This document shows, piece by piece, positions 39,815 through 51,417 of a stretch of DNA of 64,000 bases. Source of the stretch: Narcine bancroftii. Lineage: Eukaryota. Position 1 is the stretch's first letter, and the number at the start of each line of letters is the position of its first letter. A model generated the notes under the pieces. It did not search any database. It was given only the letters and a program-made list of their open reading frames with translations, and was not told the DNA's origin. The DNA lies in contig NC_091477.1 in the NCBI RefSeq assembly GCF_036971445.1, positions 89,404,001-89,468,000 on the forward strand, in the 5' to 3' direction. Position numbers and translations under genes: made by a program.

Positions 39815-40327
39815 TAACATTAAGAGCACAATTGAAGGTGTCCTGTCTGGCTGCATCATTGTGTGGTATGGTAGCTGCAAAGCATCAGATCAGAGGAAAA
39901 TAGCGAGAACTATTAAAATGGCCGAGAAAATCACTGGGTCTCCCTTTACTCTATTGACGACATTCATTGGGAGTGTTGCTTAAATCAGGTTGCAAGAATT
40001 GTTGACGACCCCTCCCATCCATCAGACAGTATCTTTGACCTACTACCATCAAGAACGACATACAGGAGCATCAAAATCCAGCTGCTTCGCTGGGATATAG
40101 CTTCTTCCCACAGACTGTTAGATTGATGGTATCATGTATCCTTGGGTCTTGTATAAATGAAACAGAGAAAATTATCCCAGAATATTTATATATTTTTATT
40201 ATATTTTTTATGTATGTATGATGATTACATGCTGTGTGAGAAATGTATTCTGTCTGTGCACTGAGGTCTAGAGAAATGCTGTTTCATGTAGTTGCATATA
40301 TAAAGTCAGATGTCAATAAACTTGAAC
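39815..40327 (+). mobile_element. Rex1/Babar-type LINE 3' fragment
   Basis: STIEGVLSGCIIVWYGSC..AEKITG (C-terminal domain) and a tail ending GTCAATAAACTTGAAC. Confidence 0.72.
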
Positions 40328-41884
40328 AGAAACCTTAAGATACTACACATTAGAAAAAGTGAAACAACCCAGAGTCAATAGTTAATGAAGAAAATCTGAA
40401 ATACTTTTTAGTTTTGGATCCTTCTAATTAGCAGTGAAATATATTATTTTTCACCATTAACAAGGGCAGCACTGAGATTTATCAAATCTTTTACTGTTAA
40501 TGAAGCAAGATGATTTTTGCATGGAGAGATAAAATAAGATTCTCTAATTTTGTTTTTGTTTTGTTGGAATTGAACTTGAACAAGGAATACCAGAGGGTTT
40601 TAATGCCAAAACTGCTGAATTAATTATTCCCTGCATCTGGGATCTTTCCATGTGTAATCATCTGTCATGTTTCCATGAATTACAACAGTGACTTCATTTC
40701 AAGAGTAATTTTCCATCAATTGTAAAACTGCTGGGACATTTTCCTGTAATCCTTACTCCTCTTTCTGACCATGCTTGTCTCAACGGATAAGTGTTGAAAA
40801 TCTTCTCTGATGATTTGAGCATGTAATCTTCAGTGATTAGATCATCTGGAATATTAACAAAGGTGTTGAACACTTAGGTCCACAACAAATGATTTTGTTT
40901 CTTAAAGACAGTTTGAGGAAATAAAGCAGTTAAATCATTGTATCTCAAGATCCTGCATGAAATAGCAAAATATGTCCAGATAATCTGTTTGATGTGACAC
41001 GAGTTGAAAAATAAATATTGGTTACCTCTAAAATTCTGACTCTGGGGGCAGACAGGTTCCAAGTCTAACAACTCAGTTGGCATCTCCAGCAGTGAATCCT
41101 CAATCAGGACTGCAATAATGTGTCAGGTTAGCTTTTGTGCTCGAGTCTCTAGGGTGGGACTTGAACACAAAACCACAGCTGACATAAATCAGTAAACAAT
41201 TTTATTTTTAACTTTCATCTCTCAAGGGCCTGTATTACTTAGCCCAAGATCAGACATATTGGTGCCATTAATTCCTGAATGTGCAGGGTGTATTTTAGAT
41301 TTTAAGCAACAAAACTTGAATGTACAAATTTTCCATTATTTGGGTTTGCTTGAATCAGGTTGTTTATTTCTGTAAATTAATCAAAACTGTTGAATCTAAT
41401 GTATCCTGGAGGCAGTTTCTCTGATGGTTAATCTCCAAGTTCAGCTTTAGCCTCCCCAGATGTGCAAAACTAGAGGGCTCCCAACAGCAATAAAACTCAA
41501 AATTCTTCTGAAAAATGACCAAACTTCACAAGTACAATAAAATCACTATAAGTAACGTACCAGTAATATACAAAATTAGAAGGAATTACTTGAAGTATGA
41601 TATAAATTTTGCAAACTATGGTGTCAAATATGACCTCTGTATTCTGCGCCTTGTATCAGATTAAATCTTAATTGGAACTCTTGGTGTCCTACTACCTTTT
41701 CCTGTTTGTAATTCCCTTGCAAGCTTCTGTCAACTCTTAATATCACTTATCCTTCAACTCTGTGTGAATTTAGACAAAATTATGGCCTTGTATAAAATCT
41801 TCTGACAAATGCTCCCTGCTTGTTGCCCCCCTCCCCGCCATCTTTATTTTAACTCAGAAATCAGATTCCTGGCATTAGTAAATA

Positions 41885-42112
41885 ACAAAATTCTGTAGAC
41901 ACCGTGTTTGAAGTAAAAAAAAACAATGCTGGAGAAGCTCAGCAGGTTAAACAGTCTCCTTTATGTAGCAAAGGTAAAGATACATAACTGACATTTCAAG
42001 CTTGACCCTACTTTGATGAAGGGCTCAAGCCCAAAACATCAATTATGTACCTTTGCTATATACAGGACACTGTTTGACCTGCTGAGCTTCTCCAGCATTG
42101 TTTGTTCTTCAC
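41885..42112. mobile_element. Short palindromic Penelope-derived element
   Basis: Inverted arms of about 85 bp (AAACAATGCTGGAGAAGCTCAGCAGG... / ...CCTGCTGAGCTTCTCCAGCATTGTTT) matching the PLE 3' ends at 28503 and 31345. Confidence 0.75.
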
Positions 42113-43371
42113 AGACTCCTGGCAGTAGATTGAGATAACCTTCCTTTTGTTTTTACCGTCATCCTGCTTGTTTGATTAAAGGAATTTTTAATACCCAATT
42201 ATTAGGATATCAAAACTGCTTTGATGGAGAAAAAAATCAAATTTATCAGCAGTTGAAAATGTGTTACCCTGACATTCAAACTTGAGAGCCCATTGAGAGC
42301 AGAGTTAGACACGATTTATGTGATGACTTGTTCCTTCAGTGACATTGTCATAAAGCAGGATCCTAAAACAAAAAGATCCATTTGCAAAATCAAATACTTC
42401 ACGATTTCCTTTCTGGCATTTAAATCTTCACAGCATCATAATGTCTTGGGAAGAGAATTATAGTCAAATTTATTTTATGCCTGCCAGGCAATTAAAAAAA
42501 CCTGTCCTTCCTGCGCTGCCAGTGTCGACGCATTAAATGAGCTAATGGTAGCAAATAATGGGAAGCTAAGAAAACAGCTTAATTTCCTAGTATTTAAAGT
42601 GGATTGTTGCTGAAGTACCAGGCCGACTGCCTTGCCACCAGCAATTGAATAGGATATATTCTGTACAATGCTGCATTTATATAATCAATTGTTTGTAAAT
42701 ACATTATAGTGATAGATGTGCACTCAGACACATCTGACTGCTTTGTACAGCAGCTGTTCAATTTAAATGAAAGTGCTTAATCAGTCTACTGCACAACCTG
42801 TACATGAGCTTCCAGTAGCCTTACGCTCACTATAGAGGATACAGCACGATCCTGGGACAATAGAGTCCTTAAGTATTCACTACTGATAACATTAGGAAGC
42901 AAGTGTCCTGCAGTTTAGATCAAAAACCAACACACATATAAACTGCAGGTATAATTTATAGCATGTATTAAACAAATGTAAAATGTCTTTAATTCTTCTC
43001 TAAGAATGTATTAGAGAAAATTTCACATTAAGCAAAAAGGCAGAGATAATGGATACTTGTTTTCAGTGTCTCAAAGGAAAAGAGGGAGATATAAAAGTGC
43101 AGAGATTCCAGAGGAAAGTTTTGGAGCTAACCTGAAAATATGACGGGACAAAGGCTGGAAGGGGTCAAAGATCTCTTATTTTAGAACTTAGAAACCCAAG
43201 GAGGAGGTAGTCCATGAATGAGTAGCATTTCAAAAAATAGAGATTGAATAAATACTGTGAGCGGGCATGTGAGTCACTGGGCCTAGTCAATTGCTATGTG
43301 AGATTTGATGAAGCTTGGGATGAGGACAGCAATGTTGTAATGAACTTGAACTAAAATTCTCAAAAGACCTT

Positions 43372-43720
43372 TGTTCTGGGTAAACTTGAGCTACCGAAAG
43401 AAAACAGAGACACACACCGAGAGCACTTCAGTTTACACAAATCTTTATTACAAATTCTTAAGCAGATTTCAAACTACAATATGCAAGCCCTCCCTAATCA
43501 TACTTAACAACGCCTGGACTGGTCCCAACTGCCAAAGCGAGGCAACAACGGCACACTTGTAGTAGGTTGCTGGGGCGCCGGTAGCAGCTTCTTCACCTCC
43601 CCCGACCGGGACGTTGCTCGGACTCTGGCTGTTCTTCCTTCTTGACAAGAGGTGTTCCCACCCCTCGGAGAGCCTAAACTTCAGCAGCAGGACCACAGGC
43701 TTATATACCCCAAAAACAAT
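43372..43720 (-). mobile_element. Partial solo LTR (CpG-rich, probably young)
   Basis: On the - strand: TATA box GGGTATATAAGCC, then AATAAA, a GT-rich U5 and a terminal ...CAGAACA. Confidence 0.6.
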
Positions 43721-43775
43721 TAATCATCTAGAAATCTTATCACTCTTGGAAATTATGAATTGGCAGAAATAAGTT

Positions 43776-43848
43776 TTTTTTTAATTTTTTTTATTTTTCA
43801 CACTGCACCATATCAATCAAAATACATACAAACATTTCCCTCTTAAAT
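43776..43848 (-). mobile_element. Tiny poly(A)-tailed L1-type 3' end insertion
   Basis: T-rich tail with a 13-bp TSD GCAGAAATA(A/C)GTT (43763-43775 and 43849-43861). Confidence 0.65.
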
Positions 43849-43914
43849 GCAGAAATACGTTCTTGAGGATAGTGTTGCATTATTGCACTAAAATTGATAA
43901 ATTCCACTCAAATA

Positions 43915-44040
43915 CTCAGTTCTCTGTGAAACTTGCATGTTCTCTCTTTGATTGCGTAGGTTTTTGTCCAATGCTGTGGTTTCTTCTTGCATCTAAAAGA
44001 TGTATTGGTAGATTAACTGGTTAATGTAAGTGACCACATG
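43915..44040 (+). mobile_element. Decayed V-SINE fragment
   Basis: TGTGAAACTTGCATGTTCTC..TGCGTAGGTTT V-domain remnant. Confidence 0.55.
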
Positions 44041-44257
44041 ACTGGAACTGTAATGGCAGTGCACTAACTGCTAAGGAGAGAGTCCAAACCGGAAACATTG
44101 ACAGACCATTTCTGCCCATGGATGCTGAGTTCCTCCAGATCCTCATTATTTGCTCAAGGAACATGTGTCATCAAATTTGTTGTTTTATGGCTGCAGGATT
44201 GTGCATTACAAGTGCAAAATTGCTATAAATTACAATTCCCTAAAAAAATGAATAACT

Positions 44258-44416
44258 AGTCATTTAAGAGAAGGTTGGATGTGAACATGGAGGTGAGGGG
44301 GTTGGAGGGTTATTGGCAGAGAGTGGGAGGTTTGAGCTAGTGGAGTTGTTCTAGTGAGCTGGGGCGGACTCGAAAGGCCGACATGGCCTGTTTCTGCTCC
44401 ATAAATGGTTATATGG
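44258..44416 (+). mobile_element. CR1 3' tail
   Basis: CATTTAAGAGAAGGTTGGAT...GGCCGACATGGCCTGTTTCTGCTCCATAAATGGTTATATGG. Confidence 0.7.
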
Positions 44417-44418
44417 CT

Positions 44419-44747
44419 CCTACTCCTAACATTTGTCCGTCAAAATCAAAACTGAACATACTATTCAACAATTTAGAAGATTAATTATTATGGAACCAGG
44501 ATGCTATGATTTCCTGGTTTATTTCGTAGATACAAAGACTTATCAAAACTTCTCAGGCTTTGCAATGCAATGCTATCCTACATTTAGAAAAGAACAATTA
44601 ATCATGCGCCTACTCCTTCTTACATTTGTTAGTCAAAATCAAAGCTGAACATACTATCCTACAATTTAGAAGATTAATTATTATGGAACCAGGATGCTAT
44701 GATTTCCTGGTTTATCTCGTAGCTACAAAGACTTATTAAAACTTCTC
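44419..44747. repeat. Direct repeat of about 136 bp (44419-44554 and 44609-44747)
   Basis: Two closely similar copies separated by about 54 bp. Confidence 0.9.
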
Positions 44748-45110
44748 GAGCAAGACAGGTTGTGACCAATTCGTCAATTTCAGAGTGTCGCATTTGATAA
44801 CTGCTTTCCCTGGGCCTCACAGTGGAATTCCATTTCAAAGTTTATCTTCAGATAAATCCCCATGGCTGAGTTTAATTACGTCTGCTCATTCTGAAAGTAA
44901 GGTGACTTGAGTGTAGCCCCAGTGTCGTCAGTTCTACATAAGCAAAAAAGCATCTGGGCACATGGTTTTAATCCTCCATTACAACCTTGTATAAAATCTC
45001 AGCATCATTCAGGAATATAGGACATAATCTCCATTATTAGACAAGATGCATCACATTCTACCTTTTTGTTGTGCGAATTGTTTGTTCAAAATGTCAATGT
45101 TATTATTTCA

Positions 45111-45232
45111 GATTTATTGTCAAAATACATACATGACATCACATACAACCCTGAGATTCTTTTTTCTTGCAGGCAAAAGAAAGCATTTTCAGAGTTGTAT
45201 GTGATGACATGTATGTACTCTGACAATAAATC
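45111..45232. repeat. Inverted repeat built from two Rex1/Babar 3' tails
   Basis: 44-bp arms at 45111-45154 and 45189-45232 with few mismatches. Confidence 0.85.
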
Positions 45233-45559
45233 AGTACTAATCTATTTATGTATGTAAACCTAGATTTATCATTTATGATATTTGTGCACTGTCCATGCCA
45301 CAGCATCAGCTACACTTTGCAGTCAACAACATTTAAGTTGACATTTCTATCTTCTTATTCCCTGTCTTATTGCTATGCTTTCCAATAGCACATCTGACAT
45401 TTTAATTATACTGAATTTTTCACTGGTTGGAACAATTACTTTAGCCTTGTTTTAACAAATGTCCTTTTCTGAAATCTCCGGCTGGTTCTGGAGGTGCTGA
45501 GAGTCAGCAAACTAATTCTAGGCTAAACAAGAAAATTGGCAGAATCAGGGGTCTGGTGC

Positions 45560-45985
45560 AGTACACAAAGTGGTGGAGAAAATCAGCAGGTCACACAGCA
45601 TCCATGGGGATTAAAAGGCTGTTGACTTTTCAGACCTGAGGTCTTTTTCAGGAGTGCTGAATATCAGACAGATGTCTGAACAAAAATGCAGGTGCAGGGA
45701 GAGAAGAAGGAGAGGGACGCAGGCTAATAGGTAAAAGAGTGAAAGAGAAAGAAACTGTGAAGAGATGGAGGGAGAGGGCAAAGATAGAAACGGGGTGGGG
45801 ACTGGAACTGGAGGAGGGGCAATGAGGGAAAGAGAGAGACTGAGAGGAGGTGAATGGAAATTGGGGGTCGATATTGATGCTGCCTGTTGGAGACTGCTGA
45901 GATGGAATATAAGGTGATGTTCCTCCAATTTGTGGGTGGCCTCCACTTGGCAGTACTTGAGGCCATTGACATCAGTGTGGCAATG
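45560..45985 (-). mobile_element. Penelope-like element 3' fragment
   Basis: EATHKLEEHHLIFHLSSLQ motif followed by a pyrimidine-rich 3' region and a hammerhead-like core. Confidence 0.72.
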
Positions 45986-46344
45986 AGGTAAATTCTAGTT
46001 AATGTTTTTTTTTGTTCACACTGAAACTATTAAAATCCATCTCCAACATAAACTGCAGCAACTGTGCTTCAATAACATCATCATAAACCTATTCTGTGCC
46101 TTTTGAAGGGCTTTCAGTATGATCATATCAGTGTTGATGAGGGAAAGCTAGAGAAACTAGGAACTACTTTAGATCTAAGGGACCTTGTGTCTTGTTGACA
46201 CAGGGTAGCCAATTGGCCCATCTGTCTAATGCTAGCCCTTTGAAATCGATCCCTATTCTTCTTTCATTTCTTGGTTCCTCTGCTAACTATTCTCCCTTGC
46301 ATATGTCTATCAGCTACTCTTTGATTTCTTTTGCCATTAACCCA

Positions 46345-46510
46345 CATTAAGGGCTAATATAGTGAGAAAAAATAAGTGACACCACATCTTTAGAACTTGG
46401 AGGAAGTCTGAACACCTGCAGGAAGCTCACAATCTCTTGACAAGAATGTAAAAATTCTGCACAGACTCCACCCAGGATCGAATCCAGGTTCCTGCATCTG
46501 TGAGAGCATT
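46345..46510 (-). mobile_element. Decayed V-SINE
   Basis: B-box-like GATTCGATCC followed by a V-domain remnant on the - strand. Confidence 0.55.
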
Positions 46511-47673
46511 TAAGATGTTGCGTGATCTTGGAAAATAGTGGGATGAGAACTAATAAATGAATAAATATTTGGGAACAAGACAAAGGTAGAAGGAAGGATG
46601 GGGAAATAGACATGAGTCGATTCCTGTTTCCAAAATCTTTAAAGGTTATGGAGTATTTTATAAAATGTACCCACTGTTATCATTTGCAAGACTGACATTT
46701 GTCGTCTAACCACTATTAGTCCATTAATAGAGAAGGTTTTTGAGATATTTAAGAGCCATAAAGAATCAATCATATTCATGCACTTTGGGTAAAATTGGTT
46801 ATGAGGGCAGTCTTTTTTCACTGAAAGTGAAGCAGCTGAGTTTTTATAACAATCCATAAAGATATGACAAAGTAAAAATTGTACATAAAATGAGAAGCTA
46901 GTTTATCTGGAATTGCTCGTTCTCTGTGGTATCTCCACAATATTTGGTAAGCTTCTATATGTATTCATGTAACAAAAATATTGAAAAATCATTCCTTGTT
47001 TTTTTCTGATCCAGCAGCAAGAGGTATTTGCAAACTAGGGAGACACCACACGTTTCAAGACTAAAAACTACTTTGTGATAACTCAAAGATGATATAAAAC
47101 TACTTATTAAATGCCTCAACAAAATACAGAAGGAAAATAATTATCAACCATCACCAATTTAGTGTTATGGGAACTGTTGGTTTAGTTGCCCTCTTTATTT
47201 CCTTCTCTTGTACGCGCATTCGCTCGTGCTCTTGCCCAATAGCCCCTTTTAGATCAAACAAAATTTATCACCTTTATAATTGATTGATGACAGTTTTACT
47301 TGATCTCATCCTAAGTTAGTCAATCTTTCTCATTTTTTTCAGATATCCTGTTGTGTCCTCAAGCTTCCTCTCTTATCAGTTCAGATTATTTGTGTCTTTG
47401 AAATATCACATTAGTTATATGTCGCTATTCTCTAATGACACTAATTTAAGGATCATAATTAGGAAAAAATCCACATTTAAATTTTACAATTTATACGTTT
47501 TAAAACCTAACATGATTTCTTATCTTAGTTCTTTTCTATCCCTTTGTGGTGCCAGTTTATAATGTCTCATTTCCTGTGACCCTTGATCGAGGTACATATC
47601 TTAAAAAACAGAGGCTAACAAATCTGCAAAAAGGCTTTTGCCAGTAACCCTACAATTACCATGTTAGTGTTAT

Positions 47674-49755
47674 ACATAGAAACATAGAAGATAGGAGCAG
47701 GAGTAGGTCATTCGAGCCTGCTCCACCATTCAACGAGATCATGGCTGATCTTAAAGATCAGTACCCCGTCCCCGCCTTCTCTCCGTAACCTTTAATATCC
47801 TTATACTGAAGAAATAGATCTAATTCCCTCTTAAATATATTTAATGAACCTGCCTCTACTGCCCTCTGTGGCAATGAATTCCACAGATTCACCACCCTCT
47901 GGGTATAGAAATTCCTCCTCATTTCGGTCCTAAATGGTTTGCCTATTATCCTCAAACCGTGGCCCCGGGTTCTGGATTTTCCCATCATTGGAAACATCCC
48001 ATCTGCATCCATTCTGTCAATCCTGCCAGAATTTTATAGGTCTCTATGAGATCCCCTCTCAATCTTCTAAACTCCAGCGAGTACAATCCCAATTTGTGCA
48101 ATCTTTCCTCATAAGTCATTCCTGCCATTCCAGGTATCAGCCTGGTGAATCGCCTCTGCACTCCCTCCATTGCAAGAACATCCTTCCTTAGATAAGGTGA
48201 TCAAAACTGCACACAATACTCCAGGTGGGGTCTCACCAAGGCCCTGTACAGCTGCAGTAAGGTATCCTTGTTCCTATACTCAAACCCTCTTGATATGAAG
48301 GCCAACAAGCCATTTGCCTTTTTAATCACCTGCTGTACCTGCATGCTCGCCTTCAGAGACTGATGTACAAGTACCCCTAGGTCTCTCTGCACTTCTCCAT
48401 CTCTTAATCTATTGCCATTCAAATAGTAATCTGCCCTCCGGTTTGTATTACCAAAATGGATAACCTCACATTTATCCACATTGTAGTGCATTTGCCATGT
48501 ATCTGCCCAGTCCCTCAATTGATCCAAATCACACTGGAGCTTCCTGTCCCCCTCTTCCGTGCACACAACCCCTCCTAGCTTAGTGTCATCTGCAAATTTG
48601 GAGATATTACATCCAATCCCCTCATCCAGATCATTAATGTAAATTGTGAACAGCTGGGTTCCCAGTACAGATCCCTGTGGCACCCCACTGGTCACCGCCT
48701 GCCACTCAGAAAACGAGCCATTTATCCCAACTGTCTGTCTTCTACCTGCCAGCCAATTCTCAATCCACATCAATACTTTGCCCCCAATCCCATGAGCCTT
48801 GACTTTGTAAGCCAGTCGTATATGCGGGACCTTATCGAAGGCCTTTTGGAAGTCCAGGTACACCACATCCACTGGCTCTCCCCCATCTATTTTACCTGTC
48901 ACCATCTCAAAGAATTCCAATAGATTTGTCAAGCACGATTTACCTTTTGTAAATCCATGTTGACTCCGTCCGATCCCTTCTCTGCTAGTCATATGCTCCG
49001 CTATTACATCCTTAATAATGGATTCCATCATTTTGCCCACTACTGATGTAAGGCTCACCGGCCTATAATTCCCCGCTTTTTCTCTACCCCCTTTTTAAAT
49101 AGTGGCATAACATTAGCTACCCTCCAATCCATGGGTACTGATCCTGAGTCTATCGAGTTCTGGAAAATAATTCTTAAAGCATCTGCTATCTGAATGGCCA
49201 CTTCCTTGTAGATTGTCAGGCCCTTGGGATTTATCTGCCTTCAATCCCATCAATTTCCCCAAGACCATGTCCTTTGAGATACTGATTTATTTCAGTTCCT
49301 CCCTTGCATTAGTCTCTATGTTTCCCAACATCCTTGGGAGGTTATTTGTATCCTCTCTTGTAAAAACAGAACTAAAGTAAGAATTTAATTGGTCTGCCAT
49401 TTCCTTATTCCCCATTATACATTCCCTTGATTCCGACTGCAAAGGACCTACTCTGGATTTCACCAATCTTTTCCTCTGGACATATTTATAAAAGCTTTTG
49501 CAGTCGGTTTTTATATTTGCCGCAAGATTACTTTTGTAATTTATTTTTGCTCTCTTGATTAATCCCTTTGTCCTCCTTTGGTGCATCTTGAACTGCTCCC
49601 AGTCTTCGGTTGTGGTACTTTTTTTGGCCAATTGATATGCTCTCTCTTTGGACCTAATGCTGTCTCTAATTTCCCTTGTTATCCACGGTTGAGTCACCTT
49701 TTTTGGTTTATTTTTTTGCCAAAATGATTTTTGCAATTTCTCCATTAGATCTGTG
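47674..49755 (-). mobile_element. 5'-truncated CR1 LINE, same subfamily as 13027-17110
   Basis: RT ORF at 48201-49058 (YLDFQKAFDKV, PQGSVLG, KFADDTK, RPHLEYCVQF); near-identical to the earlier copy; (CATAGAAA)n tail. Confidence 0.93.
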
Positions 49756-49884
49756 ATCTGTGCCAAAGAGAAATCACAGAATGCCTTTTTGAACTTTTCT
49801 CTACAATTCTCAAATTTCAAAGGGACAAAGTCAACAAAATTTCAGAACATTTAGTCATCTTCCCATCTCCTTTTGAACTTGTCC

Positions 49885-50013
49885 AGGAGACCTTCCTCCC
49901 ACACTGCCACCAGCAGCACATGGATCATTATGTTCTATGGACTATGTAAGGAGCCCTTCCTCCCACACTGCCACCAGCAGCACATGGATCATTATCTTCT
50001 ATGGACTATGTAA
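49885..50013. repeat. 64-bp tandem duplication
   Basis: AGGAG(A/C)CCTTCCTCCCACACTGCCACCAGCAGCACATGGATCATTAT(G/C)TTCTATGGACTATGTA x2. Confidence 0.92.
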
Positions 50014-50203
50014 TATTTTGGCTTGCTACAGCTGTAAATGTGCATGGCAGGTGATGTGCGATTTCATTTGAATACTTCCTAGTATTGCTGTGAGGATCAC
50101 TTTTAGTTTGCATGAGGTTTATTACAGAACTTTGTCTTGAACACATGGTCTTTAAAAAAAGACAATTCTGAACTTCTTTTGTTAGAAGAAACATTATTCA
50201 CTT

Positions 50204-50300
50204 AACCATATAACCATTTACGGAGCGGAAACAGGCCATGTTGGCCTTTCAAGTCCGCACCGGTTCACTGATTTTGTGTGCCCTCTTCAGGCATTGGTGA
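50204..50300 (-). mobile_element. CR1 3' tail fragment
   Basis: AACCATATAACCATTTACGGAGCGGAAACAGGCC; same tail family as 44258-44416. Confidence 0.65.
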
Positions 50301-50419
50301 TTTTAAGTGTAGTGTATCTTTGAGAATTTTAACATCTATCCATAGGTCCTCTGTACTTTGGATGTGAAATCTCATATTAAAATATCCAAAAACATTGGCT
50401 GTGTGGGAGAAGCCAGTGA

Positions 50420-50715
50420 GTGGCCATTGGACAATAGCTTCTCAGACTGGAGGCCTGTGACTAGTGGCGTGCTGCAGGGATCGGTGCTGGGACCAGCGTA
50501 GCTTGTCATCTAGATCCACAGTCTGGACAACAATGTGGTGATTGGATCAGCAAGTTTGCAGACAATACTCAGATCAGAAGCGCTGTGGACAGCATGGAAG
50601 GTTTTCAAAGCTTGGAGAGGGATCTGGACCAGCCGGAATAAACAGCAGATGGAATTTAACATGAACAACTGTGAGGTTTTGCATTTTGAAGGACAAACCA
50701 TGAAAAGACGGTTCT
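50420..50715 (+). mobile_element. Decayed CR1 RT fragment
   Basis: WRPVTSGVLQGSVLGP..SKFAD..MEFNMNNCEVLHF. Confidence 0.75.
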
Positions 50716-51056
50716 GATGCAAAAACTAGGTTCTAAGTCAAACATTTAATTTTGTTGAAATTTAACATTCACTTGTGTTATTGATAGCACTCCCCCTATT
50801 AACCTTTAATTAATATTGAATATTTCAATGTGGACTTTACATTTCCAAGCAGATGTAACATGTGGGTCAAATTGTAAATGCCAAGGTGAAAGTCTTTCTC
50901 AGTTTGTTCCCTTCCACACTCTTTGCCACTGTGCACCATCAGAGAGTACAAAGCTGGGATTTTGTTCAGGCAGTGGACATTGGTACCAGTCATGAGAATT
51001 GATGATGATTTATAGTGAAACAGCACTGTACAACACAGCAGATTGTGTTCACTGCC

Positions 51057-51417
51057 TGCATATCTTTGGTAGAATAGATTCCCTCTACATTCTCAATGCA
51101 TATCTTTCATAGAATAGATTCCCTCTACATTCTCAATGCATATCTTTCATAGAATAGATCCGCTCTGCATTCTCAATGCATATCTTTGGTAGAATAGATT
51201 CCCTCTCTATTCTCAATGCATATCTTTGATAGAATAGATCCCCTCTACATTCTCAATGCATATCTTTGATAGAATAGATCCCCTCTACATTCTCAATGCA
51301 TATCTTTGGTAGAATAGATCCCCTCGACATTCTCAATGCACATCTTTGGTAGAATAGATCCCCTCTCTATTCTCAATGCATATCTTTGGTAGAATAGATT
51401 CCCTCCACATTCTCAAT
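51057..51417. repeat. Minisatellite, 9 copies of a 40-bp unit
   Basis: Consensus TGCATATCTTTGGTAGAATAGATYCCCTCTACATTCTCAA, head-to-tail with no spacers. Confidence 0.95.

Noticed and set aside
51057-51417. CRISPR-like array
   Set aside because: Units are contiguous with no unique spacers, there are no cas genes, and the context is eukaryotic. It is a minisatellite.
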